Below are positions 12,466 through 26,169 of a stretch of DNA of 38,030 nucleotides, one piece after another. Within the stretch, counting starts at the first letter, position 1, and each line of letters begins with the position of its first letter. Below the pieces are notes generated by a model. It was not told where the DNA came from and did not search any database. It saw nothing but the letters and a program-made list of their open reading frames with translations. The position numbers were made by a program, and so were the translations under genes. The DNA lies in NCBI RefSeq assembly GCF_001194135.2, contig NC_068988.1, positions 68,388,945-68,426,974 of the forward strand. The letters are read 5' to 3'. This DNA comes from Octopus bimaculoides. Taxonomy: Eukaryota.

Positions 12466-12775
12466 GTCTTCCTGATATCATGGTTTCGGTATCAGTCTGA
12501 CTGCGTAGTATATTAGTCAAATGACTCTTACTATAGCTCGGGCCGACCAAAGCCTTGTGAGATTTCATACACGGTAACTGTAGGACGCCCGTTGTTATAT
12601 ATGTGTATATATCTATGTGTATCTACCACACCGCCACTTAACAACCGGGTGTTGATTTGTTTATTGTTTTTGTAACTTAACAACTCGATAAAAGTGACCG
12701 ATAGAATAAGAGCCGGATTTTTAAAAAATAAGTATTGTTGCTCGCTGTGTTCGAGTAAACCCGTCAAGGCAATTC
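12466..12775 (+). mobile_element. Degenerate SINE (family B)
   Basis: actatagctcgggccgaccaaagccttgtgag...gaccgatagaataag matches the reverse complement of 24740-25066 and includes an internal TA/TG tract. Confidence 0.8.
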
Positions 12776-13337
12776 CTTTCCATCTGTTCCAAGTTCAAGA
12801 CTCTGGCTTTAAGGCTACGTATTATCACAGCTGGGGTTCCTTCACTCCGCGCTCATTTACAGTTGAATTCCCTTATCTATTTTTTTTTTAGATTTGTAGG
12901 GGTTACTTTGAAATTTAGCTGACTGTCTTTCCGAGTAGATCTACAGTCAAAGACATTCCAATTGTGGCCATTACATCTACTTTCTAGACATTATTGAAAT
13001 AACTATACACTTCCTATTATATCTGCCCAGTTTTGAAATATAATATGGTTTGAATTGAAAAGACCTTTACAGATATTTCTAGCTTTTAGAATTACCTATT
13101 AGGGTTCCTTCATTCGTCTGGTATAGGAATGGTTCACTGGTTTAGTATAGAAATATAAATCGTGAGAATTTTTGTTAATGAGCATAAAATCTTCGGTTAT
13201 ATTTGTTGAGAAGAAATGTTTGACAAATGCTGCAACTTTATGAATGTTAATAAATAACTGTTGTGGAAAACTAGTGTTATTCGAATAATGTACCAGTTGC
13301 TCGAGTAGACTCATGGATATATATATATATATATATA

Positions 13338-13513
13338 NNNNNNNNNNNNNNNNNNNNNNNNNNNNNNNNNNNNNNNNNNNNNNNNNNNNNNNNNNNNNNN
13401 NNNNNNNNNNNNNNNNNNNNNNNNNNNNNNNNNNNNNNNNNNNNNNNNNNNNNNNNNNNNNNNNNNNNNNNNNNNNNNNNNNNNNNNNNNNNNNNNNNNN
13501 NNNNNNNNNNNNN
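13338..13513. other. Assembly gap next to (TA)n
   Basis: Run of N. Confidence 0.99.
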
Positions 13514-15971
13514 AATTAAGGGATCAGCAAGCATTTGCTTCACCATATACCGAAGTTCAGAAATAACAGCTAAAAAAGCTGAGACTCCAACATATAGCAT
13601 TACTTGTAACTCACAAAGGCAAAAACAAGAAGAAAAAACAATGAAAACTAAACATTTAAAGTTAATCAGAGACGCGTTTCTGGATTATGAATGATAAATT
13701 TCAATTTCCGTCATCGGTATGATATTCCAGTACATTCGACTATGCTAGCAAAACCGCGCAAGTATGAACGAGTGAATATCATGCCTCGACACAATCTGAA
13801 AGCTGAATTACATTAGAACCGGATTGGGATGTAAAATCTGGTGGCATGTTAAATGCTTTAAACATTTAAACTCAATATATTTATTGTTCTATATTCGAAC
13901 AAGCTCAATGTTACACCCTTTGTTTTCACCGTTAAGACTCAGTCTAAAGAGAAATATGCTAAATTCATATTTCTCTTGGTTTAAGTTCTTTCTAACTACA
14001 ATGTGTTTTACAGTAACATGTTAAATCTTTCCATATAATGTGTGTAATGAAGTCGTATGTTTATGGAACAGACAATACACGAAATACAACGAAAAGACAA
14101 TATACTTAAGTCAGTTGTGTTCTGAGTACGACATCTGATCCTCGAGTATAAAAGATACACTCGACCAGCCAAATAATCGGCTGCAGGTTGCACTGGAACA
14201 GAAAACTGGCGCATGTCACCCAGATGTACGTAGACAAAGCAAGGTAAAATAATTGGTAACATCTGTAGTTTCTTGTTCTGTGTTCTAACCCCACTAGAAA
14301 CTTAGAAACTTCTGTTTTATAAGATTAAATGTAATGCTCCATGGTTCAATCGATTTTCTGAACTCTGTCATAAAGTCAGTTGACATGATCGATTATCTAA
14401 TTTCATAGACTGAATCTAAACATAAGTATTTGGGAATGTGTTAATTAGATATATGATTAAAATATTTCGTTACCTGTTTATGTCATTAATTGTAATATTA
14501 ATGTATTTCTCACATTTTATTTCATATGTTATTTAGTATGCTTTATATATTATCTTGCATTATTGCACAATATGAAAAGAATATGTGCTGTCTTTCGAAA
14601 TCAAAGTCCTCTTAAATTATTCAAATTTTAATTACACAAAGAAGAGAAACTTTACAATGTTATCCATTTTTTCATGGAACTTTTCAAATCTAAAAATTTA
14701 TAGTGTCTATTCGAGCGGAAACCTTAATGAAATTCTTGATTGATTTCTAACAAACGTTTTCGTTCTAGGACGTTAAATTAATGAAATGAATGCAATGAAT
14801 TGTTGGAAAACTGTTAAAACAAAAGAATTGTCATTATTTAGTTTCCAGACAGAAGCAATATAAAACAAAGTAGCTTCGTCTTCTAAATACATTGACATTT
14901 TCATAAAAAACAACACAAAATTGTGTTTGTGAGCCAATTAATATGACGTTAAATACATCAAATTTATGTTGATTATCGAGCCGGACCGAAACTATTTATA
15001 TTTCCGACTATTTCTGCGTTCACTTATTATTGAATCCAATCAAATAAAATCCCGTAAACGCAGAACTCCAATGAAAAGTATTATCAATCATCTTTCAACT
15101 AAATTAATATTTTGTAACTTAAAACGTAACAAACAAATATAATGATTACTTTTGATCAGTTTTCACATTATTAGTCATATATCTTAATATTAATATCACT
15201 ATATTCAAAATATTTCACTTTTACATAATAATGCATACTAATAGAGTTCATTATATTATAGATATTATAGACTATAGAAAGAGATTTATTACAATATATC
15301 TCTATAGAAAATGGTTGCTGTAAGAGTCATTAGTGTATCTCACAACATTACGTAAATACACCAAGTTTTAGCGGTGGTTTAATGTATATCTGGCAGTTAT
15401 TTCGTGCATTGATACAATGTGTTATTCTTTTGAGAGACATCCCACCTCATATTATAAACTGCATTGCAGAAAACAAAGAATAGTGAAGGATAACAGATTT
15501 CATTCAGTGGCACAACCATTGTTAGAGACAATGATCCTTAAGAAGAGTTTATCACTAACATCTAGTAGTGCGTAATCTACTAAACTAGACTTTATGTTCA
15601 CAAAATGTATACTTTGGCTGAGTATTTAAGAAATTCTCTTCATACTATGAGGTCTCAAATGCGATTCCACTGCGAATCACATCTGACTAGTGCCCTTTAC
15701 CATAGTCTCGGAAGGAACCAAACATAATGAAATTGTTTAGAAACCCGTTGATGAGACTTGGTGGTAATCCAAAGTTGTAGCCTTATTCTGTTTGTCACAA
15801 ATGTATCACGACTGTTCTACTTGACATTTACATTAAGGATACAAGTATCAATGGAATAATAATTCAATGAGCAGGTGATTAATGTGATCGGACCACTAGA
15901 AGAACATACGCTGAAACTGATGTAATATACATACATATATACACACATACATGCAGAATACATATATACAA

Positions 15972-16014
<43 letters not shown>

Positions 16015-16239
16015 TTAGTAGAGTTAGCGGTTGGAATGTTAACCCTGGGCATACATATGCAAGCATATTATGATCCTAGGATACACACAATAACAAAGAT
16101 AGACAAGAGTCTATCAGGAATCAAATCCTAGAGTTTTATGTGGGTTTTTTTCATCTGGATGGATACTCCCTTTAGAACCTTTCTTCATAGCTTTAGGAGT
16201 TTGAATAAAGTTTACGTCTTTTCAGGCAAATGACAATAA

Positions 16240-16922
16240 GCTACCAAGTATAAAACAATGACCATATTTTCAATACTCGCTACGCTTCAATTTTAATCAA
16301 GGGTCATAGGCACTATGTATGGAGAAGGAAATATTACTGAAAAGAAAATCTGCACCTCAAACATGTTTCACGCTTTAAGGAGGGAATATTCGGTTCACCT
16401 TCACTTTGCGTCCTTGTTGACCTGTTCAGTAAAAACGATAGAACGAATACATTCACGAAGATCCGTGCAAATCTACCAGTTAATATGTTCTCATGATAAG
16501 GTTCTCTATCACCTTCACTCAGTAGGTTAGCTCGTAATGACCTCAGCACTAGCATGGCGTGCTTCTTTAACACGGAAACGCTCACCATCACTTTGCTTAT
16601 TGTAACAAAGTTCCTATTCGAGAGATCTTTTGGGAAGTGGTACTGTGCCATCGTATTCTCTTGATACAGCACCTTCTGGTCATTACTTTTTCAGTCGCTC
16701 ACTAACAGTATGCGAGGCGTTTCGTTCAATAGCGGTGAGGAACTGAAAACGATGCTCGAAGAATCTTCCGAGTCACGACCCGATTATTCCTACTGTCAAG
16801 ACATTGAGAAAGTGTAGAATGAAAAATCTATTGATGATTGATTTGATAAAAAAAGTTGATGAAAAATAGGATTAGTATATAAAAAAAAAATAAAGCGAAT
16901 GATTTTATCACGCAGCCGATTA
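16240..16922 (+). mobile_element. Internally deleted mariner transposon relic (transposase pseudogene)
   Basis: N-terminal pieces FNQGS, MYGEGNITE, IHEDPCKST and CSHDKVLYHLHSVG. C-terminal WEVV..YSLDTAPS (YSPDLAP-like) and LFQSLTNSMRGVSFNSGEELKTMLEE..SRPD..CQDIEK. TIR-like 3' end ...ttttatcacgcagccgattata. Contains frameshifts and stops. Confidence 0.85.
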
Positions 16923-17424
16923 TACAAGGACGGACTGCGAAATTCATACATATATGCAAGCGGAAGGAGGGGGTCATATATGTGTATGCATGCATATGTT
17001 GATATTTGAAACTGTGCCATCTTAGCTGAGCCGCTTTGTTAGTATGTTGAACCGCCCCAAATCAAAGAAGCATCATCTTTAGCGATTATTATTTCATAGA
17101 ACCTACTTCATAGAATTATCTTTGTTTCAGCGCTTCATCCAATTTACTACTCTGTTCTGTAATTTTAGTTGTGTTTTCTTCATATATAATCTTCTTTTGT
17201 TTAGTTTCTCACGAATAAGATAAATAGAAATAATTGGTTTTGAATGTATATTCTTTCAACAAATCAAAGCCGAGAAACAACTCGAACCCGATCAGGCAAA
17301 GAATGAGTTCAATTATGAGATATATGTCTGTGTTTAAATGTGTGTTTATGTGGATCAGAGTCAAGGGCAAATGTGCAGCACAAGACCACACCAGAAATCG
17401 AACCGCTGATGGAACCTCTACTTG

Positions 17425-17726
17425 TAGTGGGGGACTGGCCAGGTTGCCAGCCTGACCGGTGGCAAGTAGGCCCCTGCACCATTAGAATTCATATATGGGG
17501 GCCCATGTTTAGTATCTAAGAGGCTCATCCCCTCCAGTTTGAGGATTTTGTATTCACTCCTGGAAGAATGCATTAATTATTTCAGCTTGGCTGTGTTTGT
17601 AGACAGTTGGAAAGAATACTTTTAACAAAAAAAAAACAAAACAAAAATTAAATGATAGCTTTGTAGTTGCGGGTGGGCCCCCTAAGTCTCCTGGCAACTA
17701 ATATTTTTAGACCCGGTCCGCCACTG
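17425..17726. mobile_element. Non-autonomous DNA transposon (MITE), probably hAT-type
   Basis: Imperfect TIRs tagtgggggactgg (17425-17438) and ccggtccgccactg (to 17726). Subterminal inverted gttgccag/ctggcaac. Flanking 8-mers tctacttg (17417-17424) and tctacacg (17727-17734) match 6/8. Confidence 0.65.
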
Positions 17727-18924
17727 TCTACACGTTTATTAATCTGCTAACAATCAAATGTAACTCCATTTACACCCTAGCACCAGAAAATGTGTACATA
17801 TAGCTCTTTTGCAATGCAGAAATTATACTGAATGTTCACTATTGGAATTCATCGAACATTTACTCGACAGGAGTAGATGTGAACTAATAAACACAACATC
17901 AAATAAAACCAAAATAACAAACTCCAAACATCTGTTTATAATACCAACAGAATTTATCAGTAGCATTCTGGTAAAACAATTGGAAACCTAAACTATGTGA
18001 TTCACTATGTTCTTTTATATTGCTTTACATCAAGTGCTCTTAGCTCTATCGAATCGTGCTTACCTTTCATACCGTTATGGTTTACAAATAAATAGCACCG
18101 ATTAATATACTGATATAATCCCAGCGTCTGATATGACAAAACTAGAATCAATATTACAAATGAGCAAGAAGTTGGAGGAGGGATGAATTTGTGTAAAACA
18201 ATGCTAGATGTTTGGTTTAATAAAGTTATCAGCCTGTCTGTACGTAAACCCGCTTCATCCGCATTTACAATTAGACATATCTCTTCAGTCTATTGAATAA
18301 GTAAGTATATTGCTTACTTTCAGTAGCTGGATAGTTCTTTAGATAGATGGATAAGGTTATGACTTGATTCATTTGAAAAAAACCGTTAGAGAATTTTTAA
18401 TATCAAAGATCCCTATGGATCACACAGGTTGTAATCCTTTGAAACATATGTAGGAATAAAGTATGCAATTATAACATGCGTTTTCTCCAATCCTTAAATT
18501 CTTAAATATACTCAAATACCCAAAATTACAAGGAGTTCCTGCCTTAAAAACAGGAACTAAACCACAGTTATTTTGTGTTCTTTGCTACATTGGTTTCTAT
18601 TAACCCATTTATTGTATCAGAAGAATTTTTATTCATTAAGATAGAAGAAATACACATAATTATATATATATATACGTGTTTGTATGTATAACGTATATAA
18701 TATGGACGAACACCAGAAATGAAGCGAAGATGGAAAAAATTACGTTCAGTTACGATATAAACAATTTTATGTAATTGAAAAAAATTGCATTGAATAGACA
18801 ATTACATAAATATTGTAGAAATATCGTAGAATGAGCAAAAATACAAAACCAAGAAAGAATGCAGTCGATAAAAATACATGCAGTGTATTCAAGATATTTT
18901 TAACAGAGGGAAGGCACATTTGTC

Positions 18925-19450
18925 GAGCACGCGCAAAGACTCACAAACACACATACACACACACATTCACGCATATATATACATACATACTCACGCACAC
19001 ATACGAACACAACATATATATATATGTTTTAACATGTGTATATACATGTACACATATGTGTATATATGTATATGTAAGTGTGCGTGTGTAAGTGTATATA
19101 TATATATATATATACATACGTATATATACATATACACATACATGCAAGAACATAAATATTGATAAGTATACGTGCACTTGCGCATTTATATATGAGTGTG
19201 TACGCACACACACACACACGCGTATACACATATAAGCATGTTTACTTAGATGCGGTACATGCAATTTTACATGCATGCATTGATTCGGCAAGAGTAAGTA
19301 TGCGTGTGTGTATATATATATATAATGTGTGTATGTGTGTATGCTCGTGTGTGTATGCATGCTTGTTCGTGTGTGTGTGTGCCTGTATATGCACACACAA
19401 GTATGCATTGGTGTTTTGGGCTGAGTGTATGTACATATGTATCTTAGCAT
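18925..19450. repeat. Long compound degenerate (CA)/(TA)/(TG) microsatellite region
   Basis: Directly visible; source of several spurious ORFs. Confidence 0.9.
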
Positions 19451-20179
19451 CTAACTCTGTCTTGCATAAACCTATATAACATAGTAAAATAATGTATTTC
19501 AGATATATTCGTAGACGTTTTAGCATGCGTGTACATATTTCTGCTACTTTTGTGTGAGTGTGTTTGTGCGCGTGTGCCTCCAGGATTCATATTGCACCTG
19601 ATGATATTCTACGCTGTGCTTCTGAATGTTTAGATTAATTCCATTGTAAAGGTTTCGTATGTCAAAAGCTGAATAGTTTTCATATTTTTTGAAATTATTT
19701 TCGCCAACGAATTCCTCGAACTTTGACGTAAACATGCAATCAGTTTTCTTTATATTGTTGCTGCTTTGTTTTTTTGTTTAATTTATGTTTAGTTTTGCTT
19801 TGTTCATAAATATAGATTATTGATTAATTCATTGTAAATACTTGCGAGTGAATTTTCGATAAAGTAACACGGAAATAAACAGAAAAAAAAACCCAGGAAT
19901 TTTTGGTAGGCGTGGAAATTGTTTCTCTCCTTAGCTGGCAGATAAATTAGAAATGAAAATGTTAATAGATGTTTTCAAACTGATCACTCTCATCAATCTC
20001 TCTTATATTTAATATTTCTTTTCATGTGGCACTAATTGGGCTGAGGGCAGGATCCGCCCTAAATATGGTGTAAAATAAAAGAAAATAACAATAGTTTGTT
20101 CAATCAAATAATAGAAGTCGATAGCGTTCAACGAAATTCCGTGCTTTATATCATGTTTGTTTATATTTTTTTCAACTCT

Positions 20180-20255
20180 CTAAACTTCGGGTTCAAACGC
20201 TCCTTAGATTTTTGTTTTCACTCTCGAAATCGATAAAATAAACTCCGGTCTGTTG
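20180..20255 (+). mobile_element. Highly decayed SINE family A fragment
   Basis: cttcgggttcaaacgctcc...tctcgaaatcgataaaataaactcc resembles the B-box plus central domain. Confidence 0.45.
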
Positions 20256-21285
20256 CTAAAAAATATAAAGCTAGAGCCGAAGTTAGATATCCTTATCTAA
20301 AAGAATGCCCAGTGCATTGATAGAATCAGTGGAGTGTCGGGGAAAATAGCAATGTAGTGTAAAAATCTGACCAAAATGATGGTGTAATAGTGGAATGTAT
20401 CAAGAAGAGAACAGCAGTGGATTGGAAGAATCCTTATGGTAACTGATAAAACGGCAATTGTATTTGTAGCACATTATATTCTGAAGTGCAATTTCATTGA
20501 TGCTCTTCTTTAGCGTTCATCCATCCTGGTGGTTAAATCACCAGTCACATACTGAAAATAATTTCATCAATTATATTTAGCCCAACAACTAGAAAAATCT
20601 GATGCCTTACAATTGAAATGTTTTTCCTTCTCCAAATATTATTCACCATGAAAAGAAGTGATAACGAATTTTTGTGTTCCTAATGAAAATATATTATTCA
20701 AATTCTGGAAGTGGGTCCAATATTATTTCAGCCATAACTAGTTGCGTAATCTATAAGCAGTTAATAGTAGTTTTTGAGCCTGAGACCGATCTTGAACCTG
20801 TAGACATATGATGAAATACATTACAAGTATGAACACCCCAACTTGTATTGTAGTATGTGCAGGAGATTACATTATCCCACGCAAATTTTCTCCTAGCCTC
20901 TGATACGTAATGTGAAGGTCAGTTAGTTGTTGCATTTAGCCACAATATAACTGAAACTTTAAGAAACTGAACGAAACAGAGGAGCGAGCAAAAAGCAAAC
21001 CTACCACTGCAGGGGTAAAGACGTAAATGAATTTGAAGATATAACAATATAACGTGATTTAGAAATCCGAGATAATACTCTTATACTTCATCAGTGGGTC
21101 TCGCTGCCCGGGATTAAACTAATACCCGCTTCATCATGTTTGTTACGTGATATGGGTGTATCGGCAAATTCATTTGCGTTTTTTTTTCACTGCAATCGTA
21201 GGGTGGCTTTTTACTCGCTCCTCAATTTCATTCAGCTTGTTAAATTTTCAGTGATATTGTGGATTATTTGAGTATTTGTTTACTC

Positions 21286-21533
21286 TTATTTCTAGCAACG
21301 CTAGTACTATCTGGTACCCTTAATTATAATTATGATTAAAAAATTGTACATTTACCTTTTGGTTTATAGGTTTGCTGACCACTTTTATCATTATTTTTTA
21401 TTAATAGTAATATCTTTATTTATGTATAATATACACTTCTATCGCTTGTATTTGGCGCTAGCCTTTCAACGATTGTCACAAGCATGTTTTTCGACTTTTA
21501 TTTCTAACAACTCTAATACTGTCTGGTACCCTT
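21286..21533 (+). repeat. 36-bp direct repeat pair, 212 bp apart
   Basis: ttatttctagcaacgctagtactatctggtaccctt (21286-21321) versus ttatttctaacaactctaatactgtctggtaccctt (21498-21533), 32/36 identical. Confidence 0.85.
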
Positions 21534-21540
21534 GATCATA

Positions 21541-21544
<4 letters not shown>

Positions 21545-21601
<57 letters not shown>

Positions 21602-21620
21602 GTATGTATGTGTATATATA
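21545..21620. repeat. (TA)n microsatellite
   Basis: Directly visible. Confidence 0.97.
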
Positions 21621-21770
21621 TGCCATTTTAAGTGGGAATATGGCTATTTTAAAAACAATTAAGTATATTCGTTGTGCATGTGCTTCTTGTTATATAACAC
21701 TTGTTATCGAAACAGCTGTTGGTTTACTATATCGCGATCTCGGCCATCCATTGTCTTCTTAGGTGCATCA

Positions 21771-21880
21771 TGGACTACATTATCCAAAGTCCCTTTTCTG
21801 TTTTTAAGAGAGTATAGTGTCAGTTGAAGACGTGATTGCTATAATTTCCAATAGATCTATCGACCTCAAAATTTTCCATC
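21771..21880. mobile_element. Old interspersed repeat fragment of unclassified family; related copy in opposite orientation near 30860-30960
   Basis: ctacattatccaaagtcccttt...ttaag...tagtgt...ttgaagac aligns loosely with the reverse complement of 30860-30960. Confidence 0.45.
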
Positions 21881-23289
21881 ATTATAGATTCATGTTGGAT
21901 CGATCTGTTGATGTTGCTGACAGCTATTTCATCGACTATTTCTGAATGTGAAATAAATCGCTATTAGATAACACGAAGCACATGGTATCTGCCAACACTA
22001 ACATATGACACATGTTCTATTGATTACCTTCATCTTAAAGTGCATATACATGTAATTATAATGAAATATTGACAACTATGTCTTCCTGTATTAGAGCAAA
22101 TATAGATATAACTGTTACGGTGTTGTAGTAATGTTATGAATTGTGAAATTTCCCATGCTTAGCTGTGTCTGTTTTCGACCTCACATTAGTTATGTTGCCC
22201 ATGCATTGGCTTAAATGTCCAGTACAAAAATTCGTCAACTGAATGGCAACAGATTTGAATTGCTGAATATATTATTTTTATATATTTCTTGTCCACTCAA
22301 TAATTTAGTGATTTGTCTCACTTTCTGATGGATTCATGCGAAAAAGTTTTACTATTGAAATTACTTAAACAGTTACAGCCACTACCGTTTCTATTACAAC
22401 TATTGTTGTTACTATTGGGACTCAAGAATGGAAAGAATTATTTAAGACAAGTAATGTAGAACAAGATATATCATTATCATGGGAGTCATGTTGATATATC
22501 TTCTTTTTAGGACTGGCCAGTGTATCTTGCGTAGAAAATGAAGTAACATATATGAGATATAAATGAAGTGAAACAAACACTAAGACACAACGGTAAACAT
22601 AAAATAATGCCCGAATCTTTTCAGACAAACTTATTTGACACTTGATATTAACATAACACATTGTAAAATATTAAGGCAACGTCACATCCGCAGAGAAAAA
22701 CATGAAACGATTAACCATGAACTTCAATTCGACAAGCATCTATGGATATATTACATCGTGGAATAATATATTTAGTGACTCCATTATTTATCTGGATTCT
22801 CTACGTTGAACGAAAGTCCAACAAGAAAAAAACAAACAGATTTCAGCCGTTGAGTTATTGTTAATATGTAAGCAAAACCGATCAGCCGCCATCTCAAATT
22901 TTATTCATGCCTCGCAATATATGCCATTGAATGTTATAAAGAAGACATACAATAACATCCCTGTAAATATAACACTCTGTTGTGAACAGAATGCTATATT
23001 TTGAAGTGAAAAGAAAAATGCCGAATCCAAGTAGGATGATGCAATAGAACAATCTCTGGCTTGCAATAGATATCTGTAATTCACAATAAGAATTTTCCAT
23101 TAATGTGATATCAAAGTATTTACACTTGATCCATTTTGTGTCTAACGATTCTCGTCATCTGGTTGCTTTTAAAATGGATTGCAAATGGGAGCAATATTCG
23201 TGAACGACTAAACTTCGGTAATATGTATTTTTCATTCATGTGAGAAAACGACACTTGACTCAAAATATGCTAATATATTAAGGAGACAA

Positions 23290-23790
<501 letters not shown>

Positions 23791-23794
23791 TGAT

Positions 23795-24013
23795 AATGAT
23801 CCTTTCTACTGGAGGCATAAAGTCTCAGATTTGTGGGTAGGGGACTAGTCGATTACATAAATGCCAGTACTTGACTGGTACTTAATTTATCAACCCCGAA
23901 AAGATGAAAAGCAAAGTCGACCTTGGAGGAAATTTTAACTCAGAACGTAAAGACGGGAGAAATACTGCTAAGCATTTTGCCCGGCATGCTAAAGATTCTA
24001 CTCGTTCACCGCC
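23795..24013 (-). mobile_element. Full-length SINE (family A) inserted at an (AAT)n tract
   Basis: gcaaagtcgaccttggaggaaattttaactcagaacgtaaagacgggagaaatactgctaagcattttgcccggcatgct is collinear with 11625-11847. Confidence 0.9.
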
Positions 24014-24268
<255 letters not shown>

Positions 24269-24315
24269 TCATTAGCTACAAGGGCGACGAAAAGAGCACA
24301 GTAGAAACAATACCA

Positions 24316-24390
24316 TATGAATTGAGCTCAGAACGTTGTGACGAGTGAAATACCGCTAAGTACGTCGCCCGGTGTATTGATCATTCTGCT
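24316..24390 (-). mobile_element. SINE family A 5' fragment
   Basis: gaattgagctcagaacgttgtgacgagtgaaataccgctaagtacgtcgcccggtgtattgatcattctgc matches the family A head and abuts (AAT)n. Confidence 0.75.
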
Positions 24391-24430
24391 TAATAATAAT
24401 AATAATAATGATAATAATAATAATAATAAT

Positions 24431-24473
<43 letters not shown>

Positions 24474-24510
24474 TTAACAATAACAATAATAATAATAATA
24501 ATAATAATAA
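24391..24510. repeat. (AAT)n microsatellite
   Basis: Directly visible. Confidence 0.97.
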
Positions 24511-24739
24511 CTAGCTGGACCCGTGAAAAATTTCACAGAAAACATAAAAATTGTAAGCATCAGTAAATTGTGCTGGTGCCACGAGAAATGTTTCTATATT
24601 GTGACAGTTACAAATATAGAAAGAAATGTAAAACCGATAACTATATAATCCAACCCAAATATCTCAGTTATGCAAACGTAAATACATCGTACATATCCAA
24701 AGAACCTTCTTGGTCTAGTGGTAGGAAACGTTCTTCTGG

Positions 24740-25066
24740 TATTCTTTTATTCTTTTACTTGTTTCAGCCATTTGACCTTGGCCATGCTGGAAAACACCCC
24801 TTTAGTCGAAGAAATCGACCCCTACACTTATTCTGTGTAAGCCTGGTGTTTATTATATCACTCTTCGCTGCTAAACAGCTAAGTTACGGGGACGAAAACA
24901 CACCAACATCGGTTGTCAAACAATGGTGGTGGGGGATAAGCAGACACAAACATGCACACATAAAAATGTATATATATATGAGACGGGTATGACGGGCTTC
25001 TTTAATTTTCCATTTACCAAATTAACTCACGGCTTTGGTCGGCCCAAGGCTATAGTAGAAAGCACT
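24740..25066 (-). mobile_element. SINE (family B) lacking its 5' head
   Basis: Tail attcttttattcttttacttgtttcagccatttgacc; body ...ggctttggtcggcccaaggctatagtagaa is homologous to 12466-12775. Confidence 0.85.
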
Positions 25067-25374
25067 CTTTAAAGTATAGAGCTGAATTTCGTGTAGCCAC
25101 CTGTTGGCAACTTTTCTCCTCCACCCATTTTGTAGGAGTTATTACCCGATTTTCTGAGCTCTTTTCACAGCTATAGCCGGTTCGAAATTTGCATTAGATT
25201 TTGTATGAAAAAAAGGAAGGCAGTGTGGCTTGTTTATAGTTTGTAGAGAAAACGTTGAACCTGGTTGTAAAAAATAACAAAAAAACATGGTCTTTCCCCA
25301 CCAACTAAAACATATAAAGAACTATGAAAGAAGGCGGATAACTATCGGGGTGGAGGGAAAGAAGAGAAAAATAA

Positions 25375-25664
25375 CACGATCGTAAAGTCATGAGTACGAT
25401 TCCCTGCGGCGTGCTGTTTTCTTTTTTGAGCAAGGTACTCTACTTCACCATGCTGCAGTCCACTCATCTGGCAAAAATGAGTTGTAGCTGTAAGTCGAAC
25501 GAACGAGAATTGTCACATTATGTGTGAGGCTGAATCTCCCTGAGAACTATTTTATGGTAAGCACGTCTGTGGAGTACTCAACAACTTGCACGTTAATTTT
25601 ACAAGAAGAGGGTTCCGTAGATCAGATAAACAGTAATCTCGTCGTCGTAACCGACGGATTGCCA
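25375..25664 (+). mobile_element. SINE (family C) with CORE-like central segment
   Basis: B-box-like gagtacgattccc; CORE-like ttgagcaaggtactctacttcaccatgctgcagtccactcatctggcaaaaatgag; 3' end ctcgtcgtcgtaaccgacggattgcca. Confidence 0.7.
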
Positions 25665-25984
25665 CTTTAAAAAAAGAATGAAAGGAAAGGAAATGATCCA
25701 TATCGTAAGGCAAAAATGTTGTGTGTTTAGTATAAACAGTGAAAGCTAAGACGAAATAATTGCTATTCCGTCGTATATTTGTTCGCAACTCATGCTCAGT
25801 TTGATAACAACAATCTGCGCATCGGTGTTTATCTGGGGACTTAGCCACCAGATATGTGAGACGCACAAATGCCGCTGTTAGGACCGGATTAACACCCATT
25901 GTGACCCTAACGACTAAAACGATTTTCCTACCCCTATATAGGGTCTTTTTTTGTTTTCTTCTAACCACTTGAAGGTTTATCTTG

Positions 25985-26145
25985 ATCCTGTCCACTCAGT
26001 TAGCCAAAATGAGTTGTTGCTGTAATTCAAAGGGACCAGCCTTGTCACATTTTGTGTGAGGCTGAATCTCCCTGAGAACTACGTTAATGCTATGCATGTC
26101 TGTGAATTACTCAGCGACTTTCGAGTTAACTCTATCCTCGTGCGG
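25985..26145 (+). mobile_element. Second, partial SINE family C copy
   Basis: gtccactcag...aaaatgagttgttgctgtaa...ttgtcacatt.tgtgtgaggctgaatctccctgagaacta is homologous to 25460-25600. Confidence 0.75.
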
Positions 26146-26169
26146 TAAAGAAAATGTCTATGTATCTAT

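Noticed and set aside
13099-13314. 71-aa minus ORF with faint hAT-like flavour
   Set aside because: No recognisable motif; likely a chance ORF.
21695-21722. GAAACAGCTGT motif like the hammerhead at 5286
   Set aside because: No upstream CUGANGA core.
21760-21950. Minus-strand exon-like reading EIVDEIAVSNINRS...
   Set aside because: Overlaps an interspersed repeat with a relative at about 30860-30960, and has a frameshift and stop.
25873-25930. GC-rich ggaccggattaacaccc, similar to a MITE terminus
   Set aside because: No partner TIR found.
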